Below, piece after piece: positions 1-12,885 of a stretch of 64,000 bases of DNA. The translations under genes and the position numbers were made by a program. Every line of letters begins with the position of its first letter. Positions within the stretch are counted from its first letter, which is position 1. This DNA comes from Takakia lepidozioides (lineage: Eukaryota; Plantae; Bryophyta), in assembly GCA_030704615.1 (NCBI GenBank), contig CM060732.1, positions 1 through 64,000 on the forward strand. Reading direction: 5' to 3'. The notes under the pieces were generated by a model that searched no databases, was not told the origin of the DNA, and saw nothing but the letters and a program-made list of their open reading frames with translations.

Positions 1-858
1 TGTCTGTTTTATGTGCATAAGGCATATCAGACTACAAGCTTTCCATCGCCTAATGGGCAAAGATTTCAAACCCTGCATGGAGAATGAGGTATGGCTGAAC
101 CCCGATGCTGTACTAAGGTCTGTCTCTGATGAGTTGCAACAACTCATACCTGAATTGCAGGTAGAGGACCTAAAGCTTCCATATTTCATGGGCATCTATA
201 AGCTACACAAAAAGAAATAGAGGTGGATTACTAACGCCCACAGTAGTGTGTTCTCTCTAGTTGCACAAATGCTAACTGTCGCTACTATGGCCTTGTTGAC
301 CTTGATCAAGGAAAGGGTAGGTGATATGCTACTTGGCTACAAGAACTTCGGTAAGGTGGCTACTTCCATGTATTGGATTGTAGATTCTGTCACAGAGCTT
401 GAACTTACCAGATGAGGTATTTAATATTTTTGTAGCTGACATCACGCAATGCTATGAGAACATTCCCCTTTCAGGTAACGAAAACCTGGGAAATGTTATC
501 TCATACATTGTAAATGCTGCTTTTAAGCAGTATCACAGCAAATACCAAAGGGAAAAACATACCCTTTGGGTACAGTTTCAAATCAACAAAGCAACCTTTG
601 GAAAAACAAGGTGGGGCCCTTCAGCACCCAATTCTGGTCTATGGTTGAGTTTCTCGGCAGAAAAACTTGTGAATCTCCACATGTGGCTAATGACCCACTG
701 CTTTGTGACTCTGGGGGATAGGGTCTGGCAACAAGTCTTTGGAATCCCTATGGGGTTTTCTTGTTCACCCATGTGGTGCAATATCTACTTTTTATACTAT
801 GAATGCAAATTCATCAAGAGGCTGGCTGCTTTGGGCAAGTATGATTTGATGTCTATAT
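1..858 (+). pseudogene. Penelope-like element (PLE) reverse transcriptase fragment
   Basis: PLE RT motifs in order: LPYFMGIYKLHK, then (after a stop at 218-220) RWITNA, then ADITQCYENIP and QQVFGIPMGFSCSPMWCNIYFLYYE. Broken by a stop and truncated before the YxDD motif. Confidence 0.75.
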
Positions 859-972
859 TGGTGGTTGCACGCATTTCAAAAAAATGAAAAAACACGCGTC
901 CGCCAATATTGATGGTCGTAGATATTTTTAAAAAAAAATACATGCGACCACCAATAGGTGGTTGCACGCATT
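856..972. repeat. Short direct/inverted repeats (TATTGGTGGTTGCACGCATT / CGCGACCACCAATA), probably DNA-transposon subterminal repeats
   Basis: About four copies in alternating orientation exactly where the PLE RT homology stops. Confidence 0.45.
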
Positions 973-1339
973 AAGTGTTTTTGAAAAAAATTATTGTGTG
1001 TGACTGCTAACGTTTGCTTCAAGGATGTGAAGGTTGTGTTGGGAATGTTGATAGGCCGATGTTTTGGAGGTGAAGTAAATGCACAATCTTGGGAGACATG
1101 TTAGATGCCGTAGGCAGATCGAATTGGTGCCATAAAAGCCAAAATTCATCTAGGATCCAATATTTTCTTATACTACAACAATTTCATATGGCATTTGAGC
1201 TGTCGGTTTGAGGTAGTCGATTGGGCTGTAGTGCTGTAGTGCTGTAGTGATCTGACGATTAATTAATTTAGTGGGATCCAATGCAGATTAGAGGGCGACC
1301 AAGCGAACAAATGTGAGTTGTGTTTGTTAGGAATCGTGA

Positions 1340-2135
1340 AGGAGAAATGAGATGTCCGAAGTCTATGAGCTTCAGAATTGGAGCCCCCATTGGCACATGG
1401 TAAATGCCACATTTGAAGCCTCTCTGAAGAATAATCCCACTTATGTACACATGGCAGGGAAGATGTTCTTCGTCTGGGACGGGAACCATAGGCTACTTGC
1501 GTGGACGGAGTACATTGCCAAAATGCATTAAGACGATATCAATTGGTATTACATGGTGGATTGCATTGTCCTTAAAGTGGATGTGAGGGACAGAGGCATG
1601 TTGAAGGGTACAAATCTGGTATACTGGTATATCCTGCTTTTGTTGCAATTCCGGCGCCGAAATAGGCAATGTGCTTGACTTACAGAAATAACAACTCTGC
1701 TGCATTTTGGATTGTTGTGCCGCAATTGGGTGTGCATATCATTCTTTCATTTCATTCCTCTGTTTTCTTCTGTGACAGGGTAACAGAGAAGGCCTTCATG
1801 GAAACTCACCTGACACATACGTTGCACGTAGAGTGCAAGAAATGGGCACAACATCACCGCTGGATTTTCAAAGAACCCTCGATCCAAAGTTGTACAGGAA
1901 GTCCCTGGCGAAAGCAACCGCACCTGGTACCGGCCGACGCCATGGTTGAAATACTCTATGCGGTGAGCTTCACCTCCTTGTTTCTGGTCTGATTTGATTT
2001 TTTTGGGGAGCATTCGCCTGACTGTATGCGCGGGGTATGGCATTGCAAACGAACATCAAGGACGACTTGGCCTATGTCAAACGGCAATTCTTTGAGAGTG
2101 ATGCCCCCAGCAAGGCTGGTGCATCGGTAGAGAGT
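1340..2135 (+). pseudogene. Fragment of transposon-borne ParB/Srx-like domain gene (copy 1)
   Basis: Translates NWSPHWHMVNATFEASLKNNPTYVHMAGKMFFVWDGNHRLLAWTEYIAKMH*DDINWYYMVDCIVLKVD (DGNHR at 1478-1492). After an intron, an exon at about 1779 (VTEKAFMETHLTHTL) matches the exon at 45086 (VTEEGNVKSDLAHKL). Not in the ORF track because of the stop. Confidence 0.75.
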
Positions 2136-3539
2136 CACATAGTCCAGGCAAGGTCCAAGTCCTGCTGCATCTTGAGAGTGACCTCTTCATTGACCTTGTT
2201 TGCACACTCAGTGGCTAGTCGAGCCTCAAACTCCTTCCTGAGTTCCTCTCTCAAGGCTGTCAATTGGGTAATTGGAACATGGGATTTGACATAATTCCCC
2301 AACAAATTAAGTGTCATGCCTATGGAACTCATCAGCATTGCCTATTGAGGGTCATCATGGTGAGGTTGTTGCTGTTCCTCCTGATCCTCAACAGTGTGAT
2401 GTCTCACGAACCACTCAGGCCATTGTCCCACCGGATTTTCTTCCTGAACCACTTCATCTATCACCGGTGCTATAGTGTCATGACCTTCCGCCTGTGGTAC
2501 CTCCGACATAGGTGTGTGTATTATATGCACCTCGGGATTTCCCTTGGGCAACTGTTGCACCTCTGGAATCTCTGTCTCCTTGACCAGACCAGAATATTCA
2601 TAGAGAAGGTCCCCCTTCTCCATTTCTGCCACTATCCGTTCTGTAGTTGGAATATCTAACCCTTCTCTTTCCAAATCAATTATTTCTGGTTGAGCTGCAT
2701 GGACAACTTGTGACCTTGTGACAAGTCGATCAGCTGGCTGTGATGGTTGTGATACAGAAGTAACTTCCTCCTCCCTCTCTGAAGGTCCTGCTTCCAGTAA
2801 TAGCATTTCTCTGTGCTGCTGTGCCCCTTTGGCCATGAGCTTGGGAAACATTATCATGCGGAATCCGTGAAGCCAGTGGATCCGCCACTACAGTCTTTCC
2901 CCGTCTCTGCCTCTTAGTCTCGGGTTGCCCTGCTAGACCACCCTCACTGTGTGAAGAGCCTTGCTCTTCCATTGCAGTGGTTTCTGGCTCAAACACTCCC
3001 ATTTCCTTTCTTTCTTGCGCATCAACTATGCCAGAATCAAGGATTATTTGAGCAATGATTGGGCCAGATACTATGATAGGAGACTTTGCGGTAGTACCTT
3101 GTAATCTTTTCATCTCCTCCACCAGTGCGTTGTACATTATGTCCGCCCATTGTACCTCTTGTCCCTTCAGGCCTTTGAGTATTTCCTCCGTGAAGGATCT
3201 GCTCAAATACTGTTGGTTCTGTTTCATGGCAATCAGAACGTTCAATACCTGGCCTACCTCTTTTAGCCCTGGGTACACAGCCTTGGTACAAGCATAACCC
3301 TGAGTTTTAAAGAAACTCCCTTCTTGGAATAAGTCCCCTATTTGCAGTCTTGCCCTGTGTTCCTCCACATGCACCTGACCTGCTGGCAATCGAAACAATT
3401 GCTGGAGGTATAGGGGAGTAATCATCAATTCAACTCCCTTCACCGTTGTTGTTCCTGCCCTTGGCTCAAAGTTCTGCAAAAATTGTAACATGTACTGTCT
3501 ATGGTGTAATGTCCAATCTAGGCTTTGCAATCCTTGCAA
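2136..3539 (-). pseudogene. G1 extra ORF downstream of pol (Athila-type 'ORF3'/plant transposon protein-like)
   Basis: ORFs 2730-3539, 2342-2857 and 2135-2338 joined by a frameshift and a stop. VKGVELMITPLYLQQLFRLP...VQWADIMYNAL resembles the 3' ORFs of Athila-type elements; acidic linker and coiled-coil-like tail. Confidence 0.55.
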
Positions 3540-4329
3540 TCTCAGCTCCTCCAGTATCTGTATCGCCTGTGGGTAGCAATCGTTTGTTTCTGCAGAATTG
3601 TGGTGCTCTTCACCCTGATTTCCTCCATTCCTCTCACTCTCTTCATTTTAGACTCACAGAACTGTTTTGGCTGTAACAACTGCAGGAATGCCTGTAGTGC
3701 ACAAAGCATAAACGTATGGTTGCCGCAGAAAGCTATGGGTAATTTCTTGTAAGCCTGCGGGGCTTGCAAGCATCGCTCAAGAGAAAAGCTCCGCTCTGTC
3801 CTTTCGTGTCTATGCCACTGCGTAAGTAATATTGCGAGCGTATAGTCTGTTAGTTCCTCCATAGTTTCCAAGCTATAGCATTGATGGTCTGTCCCGTCGA
3901 GACGCCCGTTACTCAGAACGACGCCGCCTCTTGCGCTCAATTTCCCTCCATTTTCTTGATCCTTTCTCTGGTTTTCTATTGGCTGTATCCGCTGTGACTG
4001 AATTTTAGATTTTATTTTCTTTAGTGGACTTTCCCTGCTGGATAGTCCACTAGGATCACACATGTGACAAGAATTTCGCTTTTCTGTACTTGTCGTTCGT
4101 TCCGTTTCCCTTTTTTCGTATTCATTAATGGGCCCGCCTTTCATCCCTTTTGACGGCCGTTCTTGTCCTCTTTCTTTTTGACACCTGTTCTTGCACTTCC
4201 TTCTCGGCTGTGTGTCGCGCCCTGACCTCCACGTGTCTATTTTTAAAGTAATTTCCGTTTTCTCTTCCGTCAGCCATTTTCCTGAAGTTATTATGCGTCC
4301 ACCTGTCACTGATTCTATGGATTGTGTAA

Positions 4330-4610
4330 CTTTAGTAGGCTGTGTTGAGCTGTGACAGGCTGTGTCATACTGTGTTACGCTGTGATAGGCTGTGATGCAC
4401 TGTGGTAAGCTGTGATAGGCTGTGACACGCTATGGTAGGTTGTGATAGGCTGTGTTGCGCCGTGCTGGGCTGTGATAGGCTGCGTCACGTTGTGATGGGC
4501 TGTGATAGGCTGTGTCACGTCGTGATGGGCTGTGATAGGCTGTGCTTTGCCTTGATGGGCTGTGATAGGCTGTGTCACGTCGTGATGGGCTGTGATAGGC
4601 TGTGTCACGT
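4330..4610. repeat. Tandem repeat (30-bp unit built from ~10-bp CTGTG subunits) 3' of integrase
   Basis: CTGTGATAGGCTGTGTCACGTCGTGATGGG, about 8-9 degenerate units. Confidence 0.9.
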
Positions 4611-4659
4611 TTGTTTTGCCCGCCCTGGTCATATATGCTGGGCCTAGCGACAAGTGCTC

Positions 4660-7647
4660 CATACTCCGTTCGTAACACTGGTGCAGCCTGTGACTGCTCT
4701 TGCGGTTCAACATGCAAATCATGCTGCAAGGGTTTGTCATGGATACCACTGTACCCCTTCAACTTATTGGCATTGACTCTTCCCAGCATTTCTTTGTTAA
4801 TGGTTTGTAACATGGCGGTGTTGTTATCATACATCTTTTGTATGACATAAGGTCCTTTCCATGGTGATTTAAGCTTAGAAGCTTGAATCTTTCCTTTCTT
4901 CTGCAACCATAGAACCAAATCCCCCGTCTTAAAAGTCTTTAACTTGCCTTCATCAAACTGTTCCTTTCGCTTCATCTGAATTCTGGCCATATTATCAGCT
5001 GCATCAGCACGTACTTCTTCCACATGGTATAATTCATGTTTCCTAACCTTGATGGAGTCTTGCAATTCCATTCTTTTTCCCCACTCCGTTCTCATGGTAG
5101 GTAACAGGAATTCCACTGGAAGTAAGGCTTCCATACCATAAACTAATTGGAATGGTGTATACTTAGTGGTGACTTTATATGAAGTCCTGTATGACCACAA
5201 AGCTGTCAGCAGCTTTGTATCCCAATCCGTTCTGTTTGCATTGACTATCTTAGCCAAGATAGTACATAGTATTTTGTTGGTAGCCTATGCCTGCCCATTA
5301 CCCTGTGGGTAATATGTTGTACTCTTTCTATGCACAATCATAAACTCTTTAGTCAACAACTCAATGGTCTCATTCATGAAGTGACTTCCCTGATCACTGA
5401 TAAATTCTAAGGGACAGCCAAATCGTGTAAGTATGTTCTCGTACAGGAACCTTGCTGTGGACTTGGCTGTGTTGTCCCTCAAAGCTTTAGCTTCCACCCA
5501 CTTTGTAGTATAATCAGTGGCTGTAATTATGTACCTGTTTCGTGTATTCTTGGATGGTGGGTTAATTGGTTCAACAAAGTCTAGTCCCCATTTCTGAAAT
5601 GGTTCCGTAGGCATTGTAGGATGCAAGGCCATCCTTCCAGATCTCTGCAAAGGTCCTAGCCTCTGACATTCATCACACTTCTGACAATACTCGTGTACAT
5701 CTTTGAACAAAGTAGGCCACCAGTATCCTGCGAGTAGTATCTTCCTACTGGTAGTCTCTTCTCCAAAATGACCTCCAGCCACTCCTTTATGAACTTCCGC
5801 CAAAACTTTATTTACTTCATGGTGGTACAAGCATCGTTTTAGTACTCCATCAGGTCCTAACTTATACATTCTGCTTCCTACCATAGTATAAGATAAAGCT
5901 TTGATAGCAATTCTCTTCCTCTGCTCCTTACCATAACTAGGTGGGCACTGACCATGAGCAAGGTAGTATCTGATTGGCCACTGCCAATCTAACCAGTCAT
6001 CTGCACTTCCCTGCACCTCCACTGCAAAGAGACTCGCATCTGGTAATTGATCATCTATTCCTGTGGCTGGTTCTCCTGTTGAGAATCGTGACAAATGATC
6101 CGCCACAAGATGCAGTCTCCCAAGCTTGTAAACAACCTCGAACTCAAACTCGTGCAAGATTATCAACCATCTTGCTATTCTTCCGCTTATCAGAGGTTTG
6201 TTTACCAGGTATATCAAAGCCTGGTGATCCACATAGAACATAAACTTCTTGCCCAACAGGTAATGCCTGAATTTCTTCACTGCATAGATCATTGCCAATG
6301 CTTCTCTTTCCGTTGTGCTATAGTTCCTCTCAACACTGTTCATCAACCGGCTAGCATAATACACAGGTGAATCTATATTCCCTGTAACATTCTGGGCTAA
6401 CACCGCTCCCAATGCTTCTCCTGATGCATCGCAGTGAACATGGAATACTACATGCCAGTGAGGGTTAATCAGCACAGGTGTAGTTGTTACTGACAGTGTA
6501 AGTTCCTCAAATGCCTGTTGACATTCAGCTGTTCAGGCAAACACTGCATCTTTCTTCAGTAGTTTGCTCAATGGTGCTGCTATTTGTGCATACCTTTTGA
6601 CAAATCTCCTGTAATAGGTTTGCCCAAGGAATCTCCTTAGACTTTTAACATTCACTGGTGGTGGAGAGGCTTTAATGGACTCTGTCTTTCTGGGATCCCC
6701 AAGGAGTCCCTTCTTACACACAATGTGTCCCAGAAGCACCCATGAGTTCACACAGAAAGTACACTTCTCTGGATTCAGGCCCAAACCTCTCATCCTGCAT
6801 CTGGCCAAACATAACTCCAATTTATGCAAGTGCTCATTCTTAGAGCTGTACACACTGAAATCATCCAAGAATACCTGCATGAAATCATCCAGATACTCAT
6901 GAAAAGATTCACTTATCACTCTCTGAAAGGTCGCTGGTGCATTACAAAGTCCAAAGGGCATGACTTTGTATGCATAAGTCCCCCCAGTCTGTGATGAAAG
7001 CTGTTTCCCTTGGTCTTCTTCTGCCACTTTCACTTGATTATAACCACTGAAGCCATCCATGAATGAGTACATCTCATGGCCTGCCACAGTGTCTAATACT
7101 GCTTCTGTGAGGGAAAGGATCTTTCTTCGTACAAGCATTCAGCTTCTTATAGTTCACACATATTCTTAGTTTACCATTCGTCTTGGGAACTATAACAATG
7201 GGTGACAACCAAGTTGTATACTCTATTGGGTATATAAACTTAGCCTCAGCCAACTTCTTTATCTCTTCTCCAACCTTTTGTGCGTAGTTGGGATTCATTC
7301 TATACCTCACCTGCTTGATTGGTACTGATCCTGGTTCCAGTTCAATCTTATGCTGACAGACTTCAGGTGGTATCCCTTTTAGATCCTCATAGCTCCAAGC
7401 AAATACATCTCTGTATTTGATGAACAAGCTTTTAGCTTCTTCGAAGAATTCCGGCTCCAAATCAGCTCCTACTTTCACCATCCTCGGTTCCTCTTTAGTT
7501 CCCACATTCACTTCCCTCACCTGCTCATCAGCTGTGATTGTCCAACCAGTCACCACTTCATCCTGTAAGCTCACAGTGGCTGGTTCTTCTAGGATTTCTA
7601 TTTCTCCTTCTCTTTCTTCATAGAAATGTGATGGGTAAATGCTGGTT
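4660..7647 (-). pseudogene. G1-a pol (RT, RNase H, integrase)
   Basis: RT: WLSPIVIVPK..GKLRICVNYKKLN, MPFGLCNAPATFQR, VFLDDF. RNase H: HCDASGEALGAVL, NYSTTEREALA. Integrase: H-GHF-C-C zinc finger, WGLDF, SDQGSHF, YYPQGNGQA, GPY. Several frameshifts and stops. Confidence 0.93.
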
Positions 7648-7889
7648 GGGGGTTGCTATTCCATAAGCTCATGAGCTCATGAGCGGGCATGGCTCACCCA
7701 TGAGCCGCAAAGTAGCACACTTCGAATTTCGGCAGATTTTTTTCAGGCCCAAAACTATAAAATAATCAAAAATCAAAGATTTCCGCGCTCATGCTGGAAG
7801 CACTCCGCTCATGAGTACCAGTGTACGCTCATGACTTGGAGCCCAGGCTCATGGACCGCTAGGCCAGGTCATAGAAAAACTGAATTCTG

Positions 7890-8360
7890 GGCAATAACGG
7901 CACCGAAATTATCCCAGAGGCAGAGACGCAAGCGGAATTAGGATCCGGGTTTGCAGACTCCGAAAACGCAATGGCGACCTATAACCGTGGATAGTACTGT
8001 TGCAGAAGTGCATGATGGTTGGGTATAACGGCGCCGTAATTGGGCACAGGAAAAGAAATAGCCGGTTGAAGGCTCGGGAGTGAAGCCAACAACGGTGAAA
8101 GTAATTGGGCTCCACCAACCAAATACCCGGAGTGCAGGCGATAACGGCACCGAAATGGGCCCCGAAAACCAAATACTCGGTTGAAGCCACCGGAGTGCAG
8201 CCGATAACGGCGCCGAAATTGGGTCCAGAAACCAAATACCCGGCTGAAGGCTAGGGATTGCAACCAATAACGGCGCCGAAATTGACCTGCGGAAACAAAA
8301 TTCTCGGCTGAAGCTTCCGCACTCCATCCAATAACGGCGCCAAAATTGGGCTCCGGAGAG
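7890..8360. repeat. MULE-1 left subterminal array (~63-bp unit carrying ATAACGGCGCCGAAATT)
   Basis: About six degenerate units, each with one copy of the motif. Confidence 0.85.
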
Positions 8361-9704
8361 CAAATACCCGCCTTACGGTAAGGGAGGCCTTGCTCTCATT
8401 TTGCTCTTCACTCTTCTCTGTTGTGCCCATCTCCTCCCTGCTTTGAGTTTGTGCTATGTCGTGAGGCCATGTCGTGCCCGAATCACATCTATCGACGCCA
8501 GACGGGAGTCATTTTCCCGAAAGCACACGACATCATTGTTTTCCTGGATGTTTACAGGGACGATCCTCGACTTGTCCAGCTGAGAGCAATGGAGTTTCTT
8601 CCAGGATTGCACGATTCTCCTGGACCCCGGCTGGGGAGCAGGTGGTTCCTATGCATCATGGACCTGGACTTTCCGCATGAGTGGGAGCCGAACAGATCAC
8701 GCACAGCGTTGCTGTATCGCTGGAATTGTTGCGAGTGGACGTATGATGAGTGCATAGGTGAAAACTTTACGTGTGGACGGACTGACTCGGAAAGTGGGGA
8801 CATTCTCTTCAGTTATGAGGATGAGGAGGAGGGGAACACAGGGCCCACTGTGAAAAGTGTCCTTCTACCAAGGGGGCGCTATCGATAAACACGACATCCT
8901 CGTTAGTTTCAACCGGGCGACAGAAACCACTAACATTTTGTTCAAATATAGGCACCCGGTCACTCAGGAGGTCCTTGAGAGGCCAGTTAGAGTTCCTTCT
9001 TCTTGGGCGAGGGGACCATAGGTCTTGCATGCTAAAGTAGACATGTTTCGACTCGCCGACACTCATGGCACATACATTTTCATTCAGAAATCAAGCAGCT
9101 TCCCTGTGCCATATGGGGAATATACATGCTTGGATAATCTTCTGTTAAGGTTTTTTGCAATTCACTGCCAGTATGCTGGGACGTGTCCTTTGTTGTATGG
9201 ATTGCTGTTTGCACAAGGTGCAGTATGCAAATGCTGGAATGTGCAGTAGGACCCTTCCCACTGGGACACAGAACTAGCAATCTTGTAAAGGCATCACATT
9301 TGCAGAACAGTAACAATGTATTTGTAGCAAATTGGAGTCTTCTCATAAAGGTGGACGAAAACGCCAGGATGGGCTGCGAAATCACTACAAATTGAATGAA
9401 GAGCAGTAACAAGGAAACACTATGCAGTACATAGACCATAAACGGCGCTGAAATAGGCCTCAATGCCCGTTAATCTCCACACAATGTATGCTTTACTCGG
9501 ATCCATTTGTAGACAACCAAAATAAAAAAAACATGCGCATGCCATTCATGGCCAAAAACCACATTCTCATGTATTGCGGCACCGAAATTCACATGTAGCC
9601 ATGGCGATGCGGCACCACCAAGTGTATAATTCCTCACAAAAAAATAGGGTGCAAGAAGATGAATGTAATATAATTGCCACTTTCTCCTTCCCGAATGTGG
9701 AATG

Positions 9705-10300
9705 TCAAGCAGTCCGACCAGTGTCCTGCCGTAGGGCCTTGTGCAGCTCGTTGAAACTCAGTGTTGGAGCATGGATGAAGACGTCCACTGCGGATATGCA
9801 ACTCATGCGCTTCAGAAAAATGTAATAAAGGTGTTTGCAGGGGACGTATGCTGCATTCTTCGATTCCATAACAAGGAAGTCCTCACAGTTGCAAGCTGGG
9901 TACTGTGAAACCGTGATTGTATACACGACACTGCGCGCAGCAGACCCGGCTGTTGACAACTGAAATATGCGCCCCATCCTGGGGTGAGGAACATCCCTGC
10001 AACCTTGCACTATGCAGGGCATTGCAAGAGCGTTGGTCATCCTGGTGTCGTTCGCCTTTGTTGGTGGCCGTCGTCTTTTCAGTTTCCCCCACCGATGGGT
10101 GGGCCAAGCTGCGGGGTCACCCACCGGTATGCGGGGCGAAGAGCTTCTCGTGGGAGGAGGATGACGACTGGGAATTGGATTTCGTGGAACGTATTTTAGC
10201 TTTCAGAGAATCAGGATGGAAGTACACGTTTACCCAAACACGGGAGTCCATGTTGAAGACGGAACCTCTCGGTACGCTCCGCAGCGAAGTCCTGCAGTGA
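9705..10300 (-). pseudogene. 3' remnant of MULE transposase: SWIM zinc finger
   Basis: YTITVSQYPACNCEDF...PCKHLYYIFLKRM (CxC...CxH), homologous to 51836-52165. No DDE core seen in this copy. Confidence 0.8.
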
Positions 10301-10898
10301 AAGAGTGTGTCCTACCTAATAATACAAATGATTTTCTGGAGGATTCCGCATCCAACAGGATGGGTGATCGGTGCACGTAAAGATGAAGGTATGTAACGTA
10401 CGTTACAAAAACGGACGACAACAGCAAGTTCTCATTGGATATTTGGTGCCTGAATTGTAATGTACAACCACTTGGGCTACAATAAATCAGGCCTTCCCAT
10501 GAATTTCGGCACCGAAATCTGGATGAACATCTCTGTCATGTAACAACTTTGGAAGCCAGGGGATGAATTCCGGCGACAGAAATAGTAATTTGTTCACTTC
10601 ATGAAACTAACCAAGCACCCAACGGATGGATTTCGGTGCCGAAATTCGGATGAACATCTTCTTCATCAAATTGTTTCTGCACATGAGGGTTGAATTTGGA
10701 TGCCAAAATACGGATGAATGTGTTCCTGATTACAGTCGTGATTCACCACGTGTCCGGATATCGGTGCTGACATCCGAATGACAGTAATCCTGAATCGGCA
10801 GAATGGATGTATTTTGGCCCCGAAATTCATTCTTCATCTCCTTTTCCGACCCTAATTCTGCTGCCCTGCGGATGGATTTCAGTGCCAAATTCATCTGA

Positions 10899-10937
<39 letters not shown>

Positions 10938-10949
10938 CTTTGCGACAGA

Positions 10950-11540
10950 TGAACTTCGGCGCCGAATCTCATCCAAGTACTCCCTTCTAATTTTCCTTTT
11001 TCTTCGCGAGCAATGAATTTCGGCGCCGAAATTCATTCGAAGTCCTCCCGAATTTATTTTTTCTTTGCGAGCAATGAATTTCGGCGCCGACATTCATCCG
11101 AAGTCCTCCCGAATTTATTTTTTCTTCGCGAGCAATGAATTTCGGCGCCGAAATTCATCCGAAGTCCTCCCGAATTTATTTTTTTTCCTTCGCGAGCAAT
11201 GAATTTCGGCGCCGAAATTCATCCGTAGTCCTCCCGATTTTTTTTTTTTCTTCGAGAGCAATGAATTTCGGTGCCAAAATTCATCCGAAGTCCTCCCGAA
11301 TTTTTTTTTTCTTCGGGAGCAATGAATTTCGGCGCCGAAATTCATCCGAAGTCCTCCCGATTTTATTTTTTTTCTTCGCGAGCAATAAATTTCGGCGCCG
11401 AAATTCAACCGACTCCATCCCTCCAAATTCTTTTCAGGGTTTGAGCGCCGGATTTCGGCGCCGAAATTCATCCAATGCCCTCCCTCCAATATTTATTTTT
11501 CTTTGAAATGGATGAATTTCGGCGCCGAAATTCATCCTTA
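10950..11540. repeat. Tandem array of ~61-bp units, each containing the palindrome ATGAATTTCGGCGCCGAAATTCAT
   Basis: About 9-10 units. A perfect 28-bp palindrome GGATGAATTTCGGCGCCGAAATTCATCC lies at 11510-11537. Confidence 0.92.
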
Positions 11541-12885
11541 CTGTCCGCAATGAGTAACTCTAATATTACATTTTCTATGCGACGGATGAATTTTGGCGCC
11601 GAAATTCGTCCAAACCCGACACTTACTATTTGCTTCTAGATGATATAATTTTCGGTAAATCGTTGGAAATACCCCGTTCCGACGAAGATAACAGGAATAT
11701 TCTGCATTTAATGGAGAAATTGGCATATTGAACCCCTTCTGTCAAAATTAATTGCATTTTAGCCGTTTTTTTCCTTTGAAACCGACAGTATCCATTAAGT
11801 GGTCTTTTTCGCACGGGACGTTGCCGCACATAAAGTATAATTTCGGCGCCGAAATTATAGTTAAATGTCCAGAAATGGCAAGTCCAACAGGCATGGACAG
11901 CATCCGTCAGGGGCAATGATGGCGGCAAAGCATAGCATGGTGCCGATTTAGTCTTCGCTCTGGATGAATTTCGGCGCCGAAATATGGATGATTTCACCTC
12001 GTCTACGCGCGGACGGAGATACGGCGCCGAAATATGGATGAAATGTGCCCAAGTGCAGCCGTTTCCACTGTCCAGGAATTAATTCCGGCTCCGATATCCC
12101 ACTGACAGGTTTGCTCATGACGAATGAGGACTTGGGAAGCGATGAATTGCGGCGCCGAAATTTGTAAGTTTGTGTACGAAAGCACTTGAATAGGATGAAT
12201 TTTGGCGCCGAAATTCATCCGTCCGCTGATGAAACGTACCGACCTGACTGTTGAATGTCATAGGCAGGGGATTTTCATGGCAGTTGGGTTTCATGATGTG
12301 CAGATATTTCATTCAATGTCGGCTGCTCCGGGAACAACATCCGGTGAACGGAAGGTATTTCGGTGCCGCAATTCGGATAAACCGTCTTGTACTGGTGGCT
12401 GGAACTGGCACGCGTCGTGTTCCAGTCGACTTCATCCGTGCGAACGTGTCAGGGGTCACAATCTCTTCATCACTCGTACGGCAGAAAGTGGTGGACGGTG
12501 GCAACGCTTCGGGAGACGTGGCTGCTTACACATCTGCTCGTGCATAGTGGTTGCATGTTCCACCGCTTCGCTCTCTCGCTCCTTGCCCTTCTGCAGTGGC
12601 ATTCTCCTGCGTTTCCTCTCCTTATGCGGCATAGTGGTAGCATAGAGTTTGTGGAAGGTCAGGCAACTCCGGCAAAGAGAAGGAGGACGCAGGATTTTGG
12701 GAAGCCGCCGACGACACGACTTAAGCTCCGTCTCATGCATGAAATGCAGACCTCGTTATCCAGAGACTCGGATCGCCCACCAGTGAGAGATTCGTGCTTT
12801 GCGGATATGAAGCACTCCATACGCAATATTCCTTTTACACCTTTTTTTTTGCGTGCAGTGTCTCATGTTTTCCTGTTTGTTTGAC

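Noticed and set aside
4375-4749. Repeat-peptide ORFs (QPITAHH..., also 19465-19800, 21902-22210, 55094-55450, 11115-11506)
   Set aside because: These are translations of tandem DNA repeats.
10901-10937. Poly-T run as a retroposon tail
   Set aside because: It occupies the T-tract position of the 61-bp array unit and has no TSD.
10950-11540. CRISPR-like array of palindromic repeats (also 7890-8360)
   Set aside because: The inter-repeat segments are copies of one another rather than unique spacers, there are no cas genes, and the context is a eukaryotic TE.
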